Made by a program: the position numbers and the translations under genes. This document shows, piece after piece, positions 17,393 to 26,426 of a DNA stretch of 64,000 nucleotides. The notes under the pieces are model-generated. The model saw nothing but the letters and a program-made list of their open reading frames with translations. It was not told where the DNA came from and ran no database searches. Position 1 is the first letter of the stretch. Each line of letters begins with the position of its first letter. Origin of the DNA: Clostridia bacterium (GTDB lineage Bacteria; Bacillota; Clostridia; Oscillospirales; Acutalibacteraceae); the NCBI GenBank assembly GCA_017521425.1, contig JAFXCQ010000021.1, positions 16,011 through 80,010 on the forward strand, read 5' to 3'.

Positions 17393-19570
17393 TTAAACCT
17401 CAGTTAAGTGAAGAAGATATGAGTCGCCGTCTTCGTCTAAAATATCATAAAGATTAAGACCTGCATTCATAAGGTATGCACCGCTATATGTATCACCGGT
17501 TGCTTCGTCTTTATAAATACTGTCAGGTTTAAGACCTTGTAATTTAAGCATTTTAAAGCCGTGAATAACTTTCTTAATCTGAACAACAGTAACAAGTGCT
17601 TCTTTTTTGTCTTCACTTACAAACTGCCAAGCGCAGCGGTCATAATTTTCAAATGGTGACTCTAATCTGTAAAGGTCACCGTAGTGAATCACATCATAAT
17701 ATTTATGGTAAAGCTTTGCTTGTTCTTTAATCTCTTCAATTTCTTCTTCTGTTAATTTGTCAGGGTCTAATTCATATCCGAATGTACCCCAAAGAGCAAC
17801 ATTTGTCTTTGTTTCGTAACCGGTTCTTTTGCTTGCAGAAACGTGAGCACCCATAGTTGAAGCAGGATACACAAGAGAGGTACCAAACTGAATTGTAAGT
17901 CTTTCAATTGGGTCAGTGTCATCACTTGTCCAGATTTGTGGTGAGTAGTAAAGCATACCAGCATCAAAGCGTCCACCACCGCCGGAGCAGTTTTCTAAAA
18001 GAAGGTGAGGGAAGTCAGTTGTGAGTCTATCCATAATTTCGTAAGTACCAAGAACGAATCTGTGGAAGACTTCACCTTGTCTTTCAGGTGGTAAATCAGC
18101 GTTTGCAACTTCTGTTAAGTTACGGTTAAAGTCCCATTTTACATAGTCAATATCATTCTCTGAAAGAATTTTATATATCTGTGAGTAAATGTAGTCGCGA
18201 ACTTCTTTTCTTGAATAGTCAATCACATACTGGTTTCTTGCAATTGAACTGTCTCTGCCTGTTACGTGAAGATGCCAGTCAGGGTGTTCACGGAAAATAT
18301 CTGAATCAGGTGAAATCATTTCAGGCTCAAACCAGATACCAAATTTAAGTCCCATTGCCTTAACCTGACTTATAAGGTTTGAAAGTCCACCTGGTAATTT
18401 ATACTCTGCAACATACCAGTCACCGAGTGAAGAGTCATCACTGTCTCTGTGACCGAACCAACCGTCATCCATAACGAGCATCTCAAATCCCATATTTTTA
18501 GCATGACGAGCGAATGAAACTAACTTGTCTGTGTCAAAGTCCATTCCTGTGCCTTCCCAGTTGTTTATAAGGAGAGGTCTTTTCTTTTTCTTCCATTCAC
18601 CACGAACAAGGTTATTTGAGTAGAGCTTATGGAAGATTCTGCTCATTTCACCAAGACCTTTGTTTGTGTAAACCATAACTGCTTCAGGTGAATAAAATTC
18701 TTCTTGTGGCTCTAAAACCCAACTGAAAGTTTCAGGGTTAATGCCCATTAAAACTCTTGTCTGGAAGAATGAGTCAACTTCAACATCAATTGAGAAATTT
18801 GAACTATAAACTAAATTAAAACCATAGCATTCACCGCAAGATTCAGTTGCATTTTTACTTACAAGAGCGGTGAATGGGTTGTGGTTGTGGCTTGAAGAAC
18901 CGCGTTTGCTTTTAATAGATTGAATACCTGTGTGAAGTGGGTGGCGACCTAATGAACGCTCTTTTGCCCATTTGCCATATAAATTGAGCATTTCAAAATC
19001 AGCACCAGGTAAATCAACACATAATGAGTGAACTGCTTCAATAGAAAATGCTTTATCAGAATTATTTTTGACAATAACACTTCTTGTGATTGCATCATAA
19101 TCTTTAAATACTGTGTAAACAAGAGTAACTTCTGCACCTGTTACCTTATCACAGGTTAATACCTCAAGTGTGTCTGCTTCATCATCATTGTTAAGATAAA
19201 GTGAAGGAAGTCCCTTTAAAGCCTTTTTACCTTTATAAATTTTGTGGCTAACATATCTTAAATCTGTAACTGTGTCGCCATTGGCATTTTTTACAGCAAA
19301 TGCAGAAATTCTGAAGTCACCGGCACCATTTGTTGAATATTCCATTGGTGTAACATCAGGTGAAAAATTCTTTTCTCTTGCAGTTGGTGAATCAGGGCAG
19401 AATGAAGCGTAATGACTTCTGTATCTTAATTTTTCAACATTGGTGTCAGGAATTGGGGCGCCATAATAGTAATGAACCAAATAATCACCTGTAAAAATAC
19501 CAAAAATATAAGTGCTTGTTTTAGTGTCAAGTTTAAACACTTTGTTTTGTTCATCAAAAATAATAGACAT
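17393..19570 (-). CDS. Alpha-galactosidase, glycoside hydrolase family 36
   Basis: It has YVKWDFNR, LENCSGGGGRFD and WTSDDTD, the GH36 catalytic region signatures. I chose ATG 19570 (MSIIFDEQ) over the TTG at 19582. Confidence 0.9.
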   Translation of the reverse strand: MSIIFDEQNKVFKLDTKTSTYIFGIFTGDYLVHYYYGAPIPDTNVEKLRYRSHYASFCPDSPTAREKNFSPDVTPMEYSTNGAGDFRISAFAVKNANGDTVTDLRYVSHKIYKGKKALKGLPSLYLNNDDEADTLEVLTCDKVTGAEVTLVYTVFKDYDAITRSVIVKNNSDKAFSIEAVHSLCVDLPGADFEMLNLYGKWAKERSLGRHPLHTGIQSIKSKRGSSSHNHNPFTALVSKNATESCGECYGFNLVYSSNFSIDVEVDSFFQTRVLMGINPETFSWVLEPQEEFYSPEAVMVYTNKGLGEMSRIFHKLYSNNLVRGEWKKKKRPLLINNWEGTGMDFDTDKLVSFARHAKNMGFEMLVMDDGWFGHRDSDDSSLGDWYVAEYKLPGGLSNLISQVKAMGLKFGIWFEPEMISPDSDIFREHPDWHLHVTGRDSSIARNQYVIDYSRKEVRDYIYSQIYKILSENDIDYVKWDFNRNLTEVANADLPPERQGEVFHRFVLGTYEIMDRLTTDFPHLLLENCSGGGGRFDAGMLYYSPQIWTSDDTDPIERLTIQFGTSLVYPASTMGAHVSASKRTGYETKTNVALWGTFGYELDPDKLTEEEIEEIKEQAKLYHKYYDVIHYGDLYRLESPFENYDRCAWQFVSEDKKEALVTVVQIKKVIHGFKMLKLQGLKPDSIYKDEATGDTYSGAYLMNAGLNLYDILDEDGDSYLLHLTEV

Positions 19571-19585
19571 AATTTTTACCAACCT

Positions 19586-20710
19586 TTATTTTGTTAAGTC
19601 TTTAATATTAGAAAGTTTTCTTGGAATATTTATCTCTTGAGGACAATGTTCCATACACTTTTTACAATCAATACAATTGTTTGCTCGTTTTTCTTCCGGA
19701 ATGAGAAGATATGTTTTATTCAAATCCTGGATATCCCTTGTTGCGTTGTATTCGTTAAATGCACTGAAGCATGAAGGTATGTCAATACCTTTGGGACATT
19801 CTGTAACACAATATTTACAAGCAGTACAGGGAATTGAAAAATTCTTTCTGAACAAAATGTTAGCTCTATCGATTGCTTTCATTTCTTCATCTGAAAGAGG
19901 TTTGCATTCATTGAAAGTGTTAATGTTATCTTCAACTTGCTCGTATGTTGACATACCGCTTAAAGTTGTTAAAACATTTGGTAACTGTGCTACAAATCTT
20001 AAAGCATAAGAAGCAGGGGAATTATCTGAAAGTTTCTTGAAAACTTCTACCGCTTCATCGTTAAGTTTTTGTAAAGAACCACCACGGACCGGCTCCATAA
20101 CGATGCAAGGAATGTTTTTATCTTCAAGTAATTTATAAAAATCTTTTGCGTTATCTGCTTCCCAGTCGTAATAGTTGATTTGCAACTGAACAAAATCCCA
20201 TTCGTAATTTTCTAAAAGTTCTTTAAATAATTCCATATCACCGTGGAATGAAAAACCTAAATGTCGAATTTGACCTTGTGCTTTCTTCTCTTTTAAATTT
20301 TCGTAAGCATTAACCGATTTGAAAGTATTCCAAATATCTCTGTTAAGACTATGAAGAAGATAAAAATCAAAATACTCTGTTTCACATTTCTCTAATTGTT
20401 CATTAAAAAGCTCGTCAACAGTTTTATTGTCATTTTTTATTGCCCAACCAGGTAATTTTGTTGCTAAATTATAGCTTTCTCTTGGGTATTTATTAAGAAT
20501 TTTACCTGCAAATATTTCAGATTCACCGCCGTGATAAACATAAGCAGTATCAAAATAGTTAACACCATTTTTATATGCTAAATCAACAAGTTTTTCTGCT
20601 TCTTTAAAGTCAATATCTTCTTTACCCTCATAAAGTTTAGGAAGTCGCATAAGACCAAAACCTAATTTTGAAACTTTACCTTGAATATTAGAAAATTCGC
20701 TGTATTTCAT
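19586..20710 (-). CDS. Aldo/keto reductase fused to a C-terminal 2x[4Fe-4S] ferredoxin-like domain
   Basis: 374 aa. The AKR N-terminus has GFGLMRLP and DTAYVYHGGESE. The C-terminus has CTACKYCVTECP and CIDCKKCMEHCP cluster motifs. Confidence 0.8.
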   Translation of the reverse strand: MKYSEFSNIQGKVSKLGFGLMRLPKLYEGKEDIDFKEAEKLVDLAYKNGVNYFDTAYVYHGGESEIFAGKILNKYPRESYNLATKLPGWAIKNDNKTVDELFNEQLEKCETEYFDFYLLHSLNRDIWNTFKSVNAYENLKEKKAQGQIRHLGFSFHGDMELFKELLENYEWDFVQLQINYYDWEADNAKDFYKLLEDKNIPCIVMEPVRGGSLQKLNDEAVEVFKKLSDNSPASYALRFVAQLPNVLTTLSGMSTYEQVEDNINTFNECKPLSDEEMKAIDRANILFRKNFSIPCTACKYCVTECPKGIDIPSCFSAFNEYNATRDIQDLNKTYLLIPEEKRANNCIDCKKCMEHCPQEINIPRKLSNIKDLTK

Positions 20711-20775
20711 AAAACTACTCCTTTAAAAAGAATAATTTCATTATACAATACAGCGAATTTATTTACAATACAAAG

Positions 20776-21696
20776 TTAAAAAATTGTTTCAATTATTCTG
20801 TCAGAACAATCAGGCGAATATTTGAAATAATCAATATGGTCGCCAATGTAAAAATAGTTGGGCTCTGGTGTGGGGTAATCAGCATTGAAAGCTTCAATAA
20901 TTATGAGCTTAAACTTCATTTTTTCAGGAATAATGCTTTTAATATATACACTTGCTTGTTGACCGACCTCCACATTAGAAGTGTACTCCGCAAGACCTGC
21001 GAGATTAGGTGCTAATTCAATGAAAATTCCATAGTTTTCAACACTTCTGATAATTCCGCTTACAGTTTCACCTACACAAAAATCTTCTGCATTTTCTTCC
21101 CAGGTGCCTAAAAGCTCCTTGTGTGAAAGTGTAACGCGATTATCTTCGTCAATATCTTTGATTATAACCTTAATTTCATCACCTACAGAAAATCTCACAT
21201 TAGGGTGTGGTATTCGTGAAACAGAAATGTTATCAATAGGTAAAAGCGCGTTTATACCTGAGCCAATATCGCAGAATACCCCAAAATTCTCAAGATGTGT
21301 AACAGATGCAGTTATAATGTCACCAATTTTAAATTCGGGGAGCTTAAGCTGATAAAATCTGTTTTGCAAAATTTTTCTGCTTAAAATTGCAGTAAGCTTT
21401 CCGTTAATTTCTTTGATGTCTGTAATTATAAATTTAACTGGTTTGTTGACTCTCGCAATAATCGCAATATCTCTTGTAGTGCCTTCATCGATTCCTACCG
21501 CACATTCAGAACGAGGGATTATTCCTTCAATAAAACCAAAATCAATATGTAAATTATGTTCTTTGTCGCAGGAGGATGCTCTTGCTTCAATTGGCATGCC
21601 TTTCTGATATGCCTCTTTAAAGTTTTCAAATGAGGAAAGTGCCTTTTTATTTTCTTCTGTCTTGATTAAAAAACCTTCTGGTAAATACAACGACAT
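20776..21696 (-). CDS. S1 RNA-binding domain protein (three S1-like repeats)
   Basis: 306 aa with repeated S1 OB-fold signatures (GDIITASVTHLENFGVFCDIG, GETVSGIIRSVENYGIFIELA). Confidence 0.7.
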   Translation of the reverse strand: MSLYLPEGFLIKTEENKKALSSFENFKEAYQKGMPIEARASSCDKEHNLHIDFGFIEGIIPRSECAVGIDEGTTRDIAIIARVNKPVKFIITDIKEINGKLTAILSRKILQNRFYQLKLPEFKIGDIITASVTHLENFGVFCDIGSGINALLPIDNISVSRIPHPNVRFSVGDEIKVIIKDIDEDNRVTLSHKELLGTWEENAEDFCVGETVSGIIRSVENYGIFIELAPNLAGLAEYTSNVEVGQQASVYIKSIIPEKMKFKLIIIEAFNADYPTPEPNYFYIGDHIDYFKYSPDCSDRIIETIF

Positions 21697-21804
21697 TTAT
21701 TATCACCTGTTTTCATTTTTTTAATGTTTACTCTTTAATTTTATGTAGGAGTGTGTTATAATATTTCAGGTTATGGTAATTTTTTACTGAAAGGCGGAGT
21801 GAAT

Positions 21805-21996
21805 TTGGATATTCGTGTTGGTGATAAATTAGAAATGAAAAAAACACACCCTTGTGGCGAGAAGGTTTTTACAGTTCTTCGCTCGGGTATCGACTTTCGT
21901 CTTCGTTGTGATAAATGTGGCAGAGAATTTTTAATTCCAAGAGTCAAAGCAGAAAAAAATATTAAGAAAGTTATAAGAGAAGAAAACAATGATTGA
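21805..21996 (+). CDS. DUF951 family small protein
   Basis: I chose the TTG start at 21805, after [49 protein letters not shown] matches the DUF951 pattern (VGD.VEMKK.HPCG...W...R.GaDirikC..C). It overlaps the prfA start by 8 nt. Confidence 0.6.
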   Translation: MDIRVGDKLEMKKTHPCGEKVFTVLRSGIDFRLRCDKCGREFLIPRVKAEKNIKKVIREENND

Positions 21997-23062
21997 TAAA
22001 TTAGAACAAGTTGAATTAAGATTTGAAAAGGTAAATGAACTTATTTGTTTACCCGAGGTTGTAAGTGACCAGAATCAATATAAAGAGCTTATGAGAGAAC
22101 TTAAAAATCTTACTCCTGTTGTTGAGTGCTTCAGAGCATATAAAGAAGCAGAAAAAACAGAAAAAGAAGCATTTTCACTTCTTAATGATGGTACACAGGA
22201 CAAGGATTTTAAAGAGCTTTTAGAAGAAGAATACAAAGAATCAAAGCAAAAGAAAGAAGAACTGTATTCGGAACTCAAAACACTTCTTTTACCTAAAGAC
22301 CCGAATGATTATAAGAATGTTATTATAGAAATCCGTGGTGGTGCCGGTGGTGACGAAGCAGCACTTTTTGCAGGTTCGCTTTTCAGAATGTACTCAATGT
22401 ATGCAGAAAGTCGCGGTTGGAAAACTGATGTTATGAATATAAATGAAACCGGTCTTGGTGGTATTAAAGAAATCAGTTTTATGATAGAGGGCGAGGGTGC
22501 CTATTCACGATTTAAGTTTGAAAGCGGAGTTCACCGTGTTCAGCGTGTGCCTGAAACAGAATCAGGTGGCAGAATTCATACTTCTACTGTTACAGTTGCA
22601 GTTTTACCTGAAGCTGAAGAAGTTGATATTTCAATTGACCCGAGCGATTTACAAATTGATACATTCCGAGCAAGTGGTGCAGGTGGTCAGCACGTTAATA
22701 AAACTGAATCTGCAATCCGTGTTACTCATATTCCGACTGGTACTGTTGTTGAATGTCAGGATGAAAGAAGTCAGTATAAAAATAAAGACAGAGCTTTAAA
22801 AATTCTCCGTTCAAGACTTCTTGAGGTTGAAAGAGAAAAGCAGGATTCTGAAATTGCTGATGAGCGCCGTTCACAAGTTGGAACAGGTGACAGAAGCGAA
22901 AGAATCAGAACTTATAACTTCCCACAAGGCAGAGTTTCTGATCACAGAATAGGTCTGACACTTTATAAAATTGAAGCTATTATGAATGGTGACATTGACG
23001 AACTTGTTGATGCACTCGTAACTGCAGATACGGCAAAAAAATTACAAGCATCCGAGGGGTAA
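21989..23062 (+). CDS. prfA: Peptide chain release factor 1
   Basis: 357 aa. It has [17 protein letters not shown] and the GGQ motif in [25 protein letters not shown]. Confidence 0.95.
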   Translation: MIDKLEQVELRFEKVNELICLPEVVSDQNQYKELMRELKNLTPVVECFRAYKEAEKTEKEAFSLLNDGTQDKDFKELLEEEYKESKQKKEELYSELKTLLLPKDPNDYKNVIIEIRGGAGGDEAALFAGSLFRMYSMYAESRGWKTDVMNINETGLGGIKEISFMIEGEGAYSRFKFESGVHRVQRVPETESGGRIHTSTVTVAVLPEAEEVDISIDPSDLQIDTFRASGAGGQHVNKTESAIRVTHIPTGTVVECQDERSQYKNKDRALKILRSRLLEVEREKQDSEIADERRSQVGTGDRSERIRTYNFPQGRVSDHRIGLTLYKIEAIMNGDIDELVDALVTADTAKKLQASEG

Positions 23063-23064
23063 TT

Positions 23065-24678
23065 TTGAACACAGAAATAATAAAAATTTCTGCAAGTGAT
23101 GGTGCAGAAAAATACGAAAAAGCAGTTGAATTATTGAGAAATGATAATATAGTGGGTATGCCTACGGAAACTGTTTATGGTCTTGCGGGTAATGCTCTTT
23201 CAGAACTTTCTGTTAAAAGAATTTTTGAAGCAAAGGGCAGACCACAGGATAACCCACTCATAGTACATATTTCAGAATTTAAAGAAATGTACGATTTAGT
23301 AAGTGAAGTGCCTGAAAATGCAAAGAAATTAGCAGAAAAATTCTGGCCTGGTCCACTTACAATGATTTTACCCAAAAGCGAAAAAGTTCCTGCGTGTGTA
23401 ACTGCAGGGCTTAATTCTGTAGCTGTAAGATGTCCGTCACATATAGTTGCACGAAACTTAATTAAATACAGCGGGTTGCCGATTGCGGCACCATCTGCAA
23501 ATATTTCAGGTAAACCAAGTCCTACAAAAGCAGAGCATGTTTTTTCTGATTTGAACGGTAAAATTCCGCTTGTAATTGATGGTGGCGAAAGTGAAGAGGG
23601 TGTTGAGTCAACTGTAATTTCACTTTGTGGTGAAACACCTAAGCTTTTAAGACCAGGTAATGTAACACTCTCTGAATTAGAAGGTGTTTGTGGTAAGGTT
23701 TTAGTTGATGATGCAGTTTTAAACCCGCTTAAAGAGGGTGAAAAAGTTTCTTCACCGGGTATGAAATACAAACATTATTCACCCAACGCTACAGTTACTA
23801 TATTAAAAGGTGACTACACTTCATTTTGTCAATATGTAAATAAAAATAAAACACCTGAAACTTATGCAATGGTTTTTGATGGTGAGGGCGAAAATTTACA
23901 GGTCGAATTTATAACTTATGGTAACAAAAATGATTATCGTTCTTTGAGTAATCATCTTTTTGATTGCTTACGCGAGCTTGATACAATTGGTGCAAAACAA
24001 TGTTTTGTGCGTTGTCCAGATGAAACAACTGATGATTTAGCAGTTCTTAACAGACTTTTAAGAGCGGCGGCTTTTAATGTAATTGACCTCAATAAAAAAA
24101 CACTTTTAGGTCTAACAGGTAAAACGGGAGCAGGTAAATCTACTGTTTCAAGGTATTTAAAAGAAAAAGGTGCTTATGTTATTGACGGTGATATTGTTGC
24201 TCGTGAAGTTTTAGTTGATAATGTACCGCTTTTAAATAAACTAACTGAAAGTTTCGGTGAAGATATTTTAGAAAATGGTGTTTTAAACCGAAAAAAACTT
24301 GCTGAAAAAGCATTCAGTACCTCGGAAAACACAAAGCTTTTAAATTCTATAATGCACCCTGCAATAAACGAGAAAATTCAATCGGAAGCGAATGTAGCAT
24401 TTAAAAGTCACAATGTAGTAATTGTTGATGCGGCGGCAATAATAGAATCAGGGTACGCAGACACTTGTGACAAGTTAATTGTTGTTACTGCACCTGAAGA
24501 TATAAGAAAAGAACGCATTATTAAGAGAGATAATATTTCAGAAAAAGATGCTATAATAAGAATAAATGGTCAGAAAGATGACAAATTTTATAATGATAAG
24601 GCAGATTATATTATAAGAAACTACGAGCCGTTCTCACTTGAGAATGAAATGGCTCAGTTAATAAAAGATATTTTTTAA
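23065..24678 (+). CDS. Fusion protein: L-threonylcarbamoyladenylate synthase (Sua5/TsaC, YrdC plus SUA5 domains) and dephospho-CoA kinase (CoaE)
   Basis: The first ~342 aa carry TETVYGLAGNA, KGRPQDNPLIVHI, SANISGKPSPT and SPGMKYKHYSP. From about aa 346 the sequence is LLGLTGKTGAGKSTVS (P-loop), IDGDIVAREV, IMHPAI and VVIVDAAAIIESG, which is CoaE. It is one uninterrupted ORF. Confidence 0.85.
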   Translation: MNTEIIKISASDGAEKYEKAVELLRNDNIVGMPTETVYGLAGNALSELSVKRIFEAKGRPQDNPLIVHISEFKEMYDLVSEVPENAKKLAEKFWPGPLTMILPKSEKVPACVTAGLNSVAVRCPSHIVARNLIKYSGLPIAAPSANISGKPSPTKAEHVFSDLNGKIPLVIDGGESEEGVESTVISLCGETPKLLRPGNVTLSELEGVCGKVLVDDAVLNPLKEGEKVSSPGMKYKHYSPNATVTILKGDYTSFCQYVNKNKTPETYAMVFDGEGENLQVEFITYGNKNDYRSLSNHLFDCLRELDTIGAKQCFVRCPDETTDDLAVLNRLLRAAAFNVIDLNKKTLLGLTGKTGAGKSTVSRYLKEKGAYVIDGDIVAREVLVDNVPLLNKLTESFGEDILENGVLNRKKLAEKAFSTSENTKLLNSIMHPAINEKIQSEANVAFKSHNVVIVDAAAIIESGYADTCDKLIVVTAPEDIRKERIIKRDNISEKDAIIRINGQKDDKFYNDKADYIIRNYEPFSLENEMAQLIKDIF

Positions 24679-24690
24679 GAGGTGTTACAA

Positions 24691-26088
24691 ATGGCAAATA
24701 AAAAGATGGACGAATTAAAAAAGAATTTGTTTTACAAATCAGAAAATGCCGGTGAAGTTTTAAAAGAAACTGAAATTAAAAAGGCAGACAAATTCTGTGA
24801 AGATTACAAAAAGTTCCTTGATTCTTCAAAAACAGAAAGAGAAGCAGTAAAATCTGTTGTAGCGATTGCAGAAAAAAGTGGTTATAAAAAATACGACGAA
24901 ACAAAAAAATATAAAGCAGGCGATAAGTTTTATTATGTAAACCGTAATAAATCAATTATTCTTACAGTTATGGGTAAAAAGTCATTAAAAGAGGGTGTTA
25001 AAATTTCTGCAGCACATATAGATTCACCACGTCTTGACTTAAAACCAAACCCACTTTATGAAAAGGATGAATTAGCACTTTTCAAAACTCACTATTATGG
25101 CGGTATTAAAAAATATCAATGGGTTACAATTCCGCTTGCACTTCACGGTGTAGTTGTAAAAAAAGATGGTTCTGTTGTTGAAATAAACCTTGGTGAAGAA
25201 GATAATGAACCTAAATTTGTTATTACAGATATTTTGCCACACTTGGGCGCAGAGCAAGGCAAAAGAACTTTATCAGATGGTATAAGAGGCGAAGAATTAA
25301 ACATTTTAGTTGGTAGTCGTCCTTTTAAAGATGGCGAAGGCAGTGAACTTGTTAAACTCAATATTATGAAACTTATCAACGAAAAATATGGTATTGTTGA
25401 AGCAGACTTTTTAAGTGCAGAACTTGAAGCAGTACCGGCATTTAAAGCATCAGATATTGGTTTTGACAGAAGTTTAATCGGCTCTTATGGTCACGATGAC
25501 AGAGTATGTGCTTACCCTGCAGTAATGGCTTCATTAGCGGTTGAAAAACCAAACCACACAACAGTTACAGTCCTTGCAGATAAAGAAGAAACCGGTTCAG
25601 ACGGTAACACAGGTCTTAATTCAGATTACCTTGAAAACTTTATTTATAAATTAGGTGAAATTGAGGGTGTACAAGGCTATGACATTTTAGCAAAAAGTGA
25701 ATGTCTTTCTGCTGATGTTAATTCTGCACTTGACCCGACTTTCTGTGACGTATTTGAAAAAAATAACTGTTCAGAAATCAACAAAGGTGTTGTTATCACG
25801 AAATACACAGGCGCACGTGGTAAATCCGGTACAAGTGATGCTTCCGCTGAATATATGGGTAAAATTCGTTCAATGCTTGACAAAGCAAATGTTGTGTGGC
25901 AAATTGGTGAGCTCGGTAAAGTTGACGCAGGCGGTGGCGGAACAGTTGCAAAATATGTTGCTTCACTCGATGTTGATGTAGTTGACTTAGGTGTTCCTGT
26001 TCTTTCAATGCACGCACCTTACGAAGTGGTTTCAAAACTTGATGTATATATGGCTTACAGAGCATTCTGTGAGTTCTTTAAGCAATAA
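24691..26088 (+). CDS. M18-family aminopeptidase (aspartyl aminopeptidase-like)
   Basis: ATG 24691 lies after AAGAGGTG. It has AHIDSPRLDLKPNP, GSYGHDDRVC, ADKEETGSDG and LSMHAPYE, typical of M18 peptidases. Confidence 0.85.
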   Translation: MANKKMDELKKNLFYKSENAGEVLKETEIKKADKFCEDYKKFLDSSKTEREAVKSVVAIAEKSGYKKYDETKKYKAGDKFYYVNRNKSIILTVMGKKSLKEGVKISAAHIDSPRLDLKPNPLYEKDELALFKTHYYGGIKKYQWVTIPLALHGVVVKKDGSVVEINLGEEDNEPKFVITDILPHLGAEQGKRTLSDGIRGEELNILVGSRPFKDGEGSELVKLNIMKLINEKYGIVEADFLSAELEAVPAFKASDIGFDRSLIGSYGHDDRVCAYPAVMASLAVEKPNHTTVTVLADKEETGSDGNTGLNSDYLENFIYKLGEIEGVQGYDILAKSECLSADVNSALDPTFCDVFEKNNCSEINKGVVITKYTGARGKSGTSDASAEYMGKIRSMLDKANVVWQIGELGKVDAGGGGTVAKYVASLDVDVVDLGVPVLSMHAPYEVVSKLDVYMAYRAFCEFFKQ

Positions 26089-26096
26089 TTATAATT

Positions 26097-26121
26097 GTAG
26101 GGGATGAGCTTTGCTCTCCCG
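26097..26121. repeat. REP-like hairpin unit, divergent variant (copy D)
   Basis: gtaggggatgagctttgctctcccg. It has the same 25-nt framework as copy B (18 of 25 identical, conserved gtagggg...cccg ends) and is self-complementary. Confidence 0.6.
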
Positions 26122-26205
26122 AAACTACCCTTTGCATTTTATTATGATATTAGAAATGAAACGATAGACTCTTTACACACGACTAATTTATCATAAAAAA
26201 TTAAA

Positions 26206-26258
26206 GCTCCCACTACTACGGGCGACCACAGGTCAGCCCCTACCATAGTGGGAGTAAG
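26206..26258. repeat. REP-like extended palindromic unit (copy C)
   Basis: gctcccactactacgggcgaccacaggtcagcccctaccatagtgggagtaag. It is the reverse-orientation homolog of 12853-12904. Confidence 0.8.
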
Positions 26259-26280
26259 TTTTTAGTAAAATTCTGCATTA

Positions 26281-26301
26281 TGCATTGTGAATTTTGAATT
26301 G
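26281..26301 (+). repeat. 21-nt motif tgcattgtgaattttgaattg, copy 1 (upstream of TIR gene 1)
   Basis: It matches 30319-30339 at 20 of 21 positions in the same orientation, and lies 126 nt upstream of ATG 26427. Confidence 0.75.
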
Positions 26302-26426
26302 TCAAAAATTATTGTCGAATTTTGTGTTATTTGCGAATAGAAATAAACTGTAAAAAAGTTCATAATTATACTGAATATTTATGTATAAACGTAATATATA
26401 TAAAACAACAATTTCCGGGAGAATTT

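Noticed and set aside
23175-23771. Long antisense ORFs, such as 198 aa opposite sua5-coaE, 158 aa at 4619-5095 opposite pcrA, and 139 aa at 27783-28202 opposite the TIR gene 3' end
   Set aside because: Each lies fully inside a confidently identified gene on the other strand. They have low-complexity Ser/Leu/Phe-rich composition and no RBS, so they are typical shadow ORFs.
26322-26426. Upstream extension of the TIR paralog 1 ORF (MCYLRIEINCKKVHNYTEYL...)
   Set aside because: It starts at a non-ATG codon in AT-rich promoter-like sequence. The paralog at 30345 begins exactly at the equivalent MA[IV]FKCKMCGG, and ATG 26427 has a GGGAG RBS.
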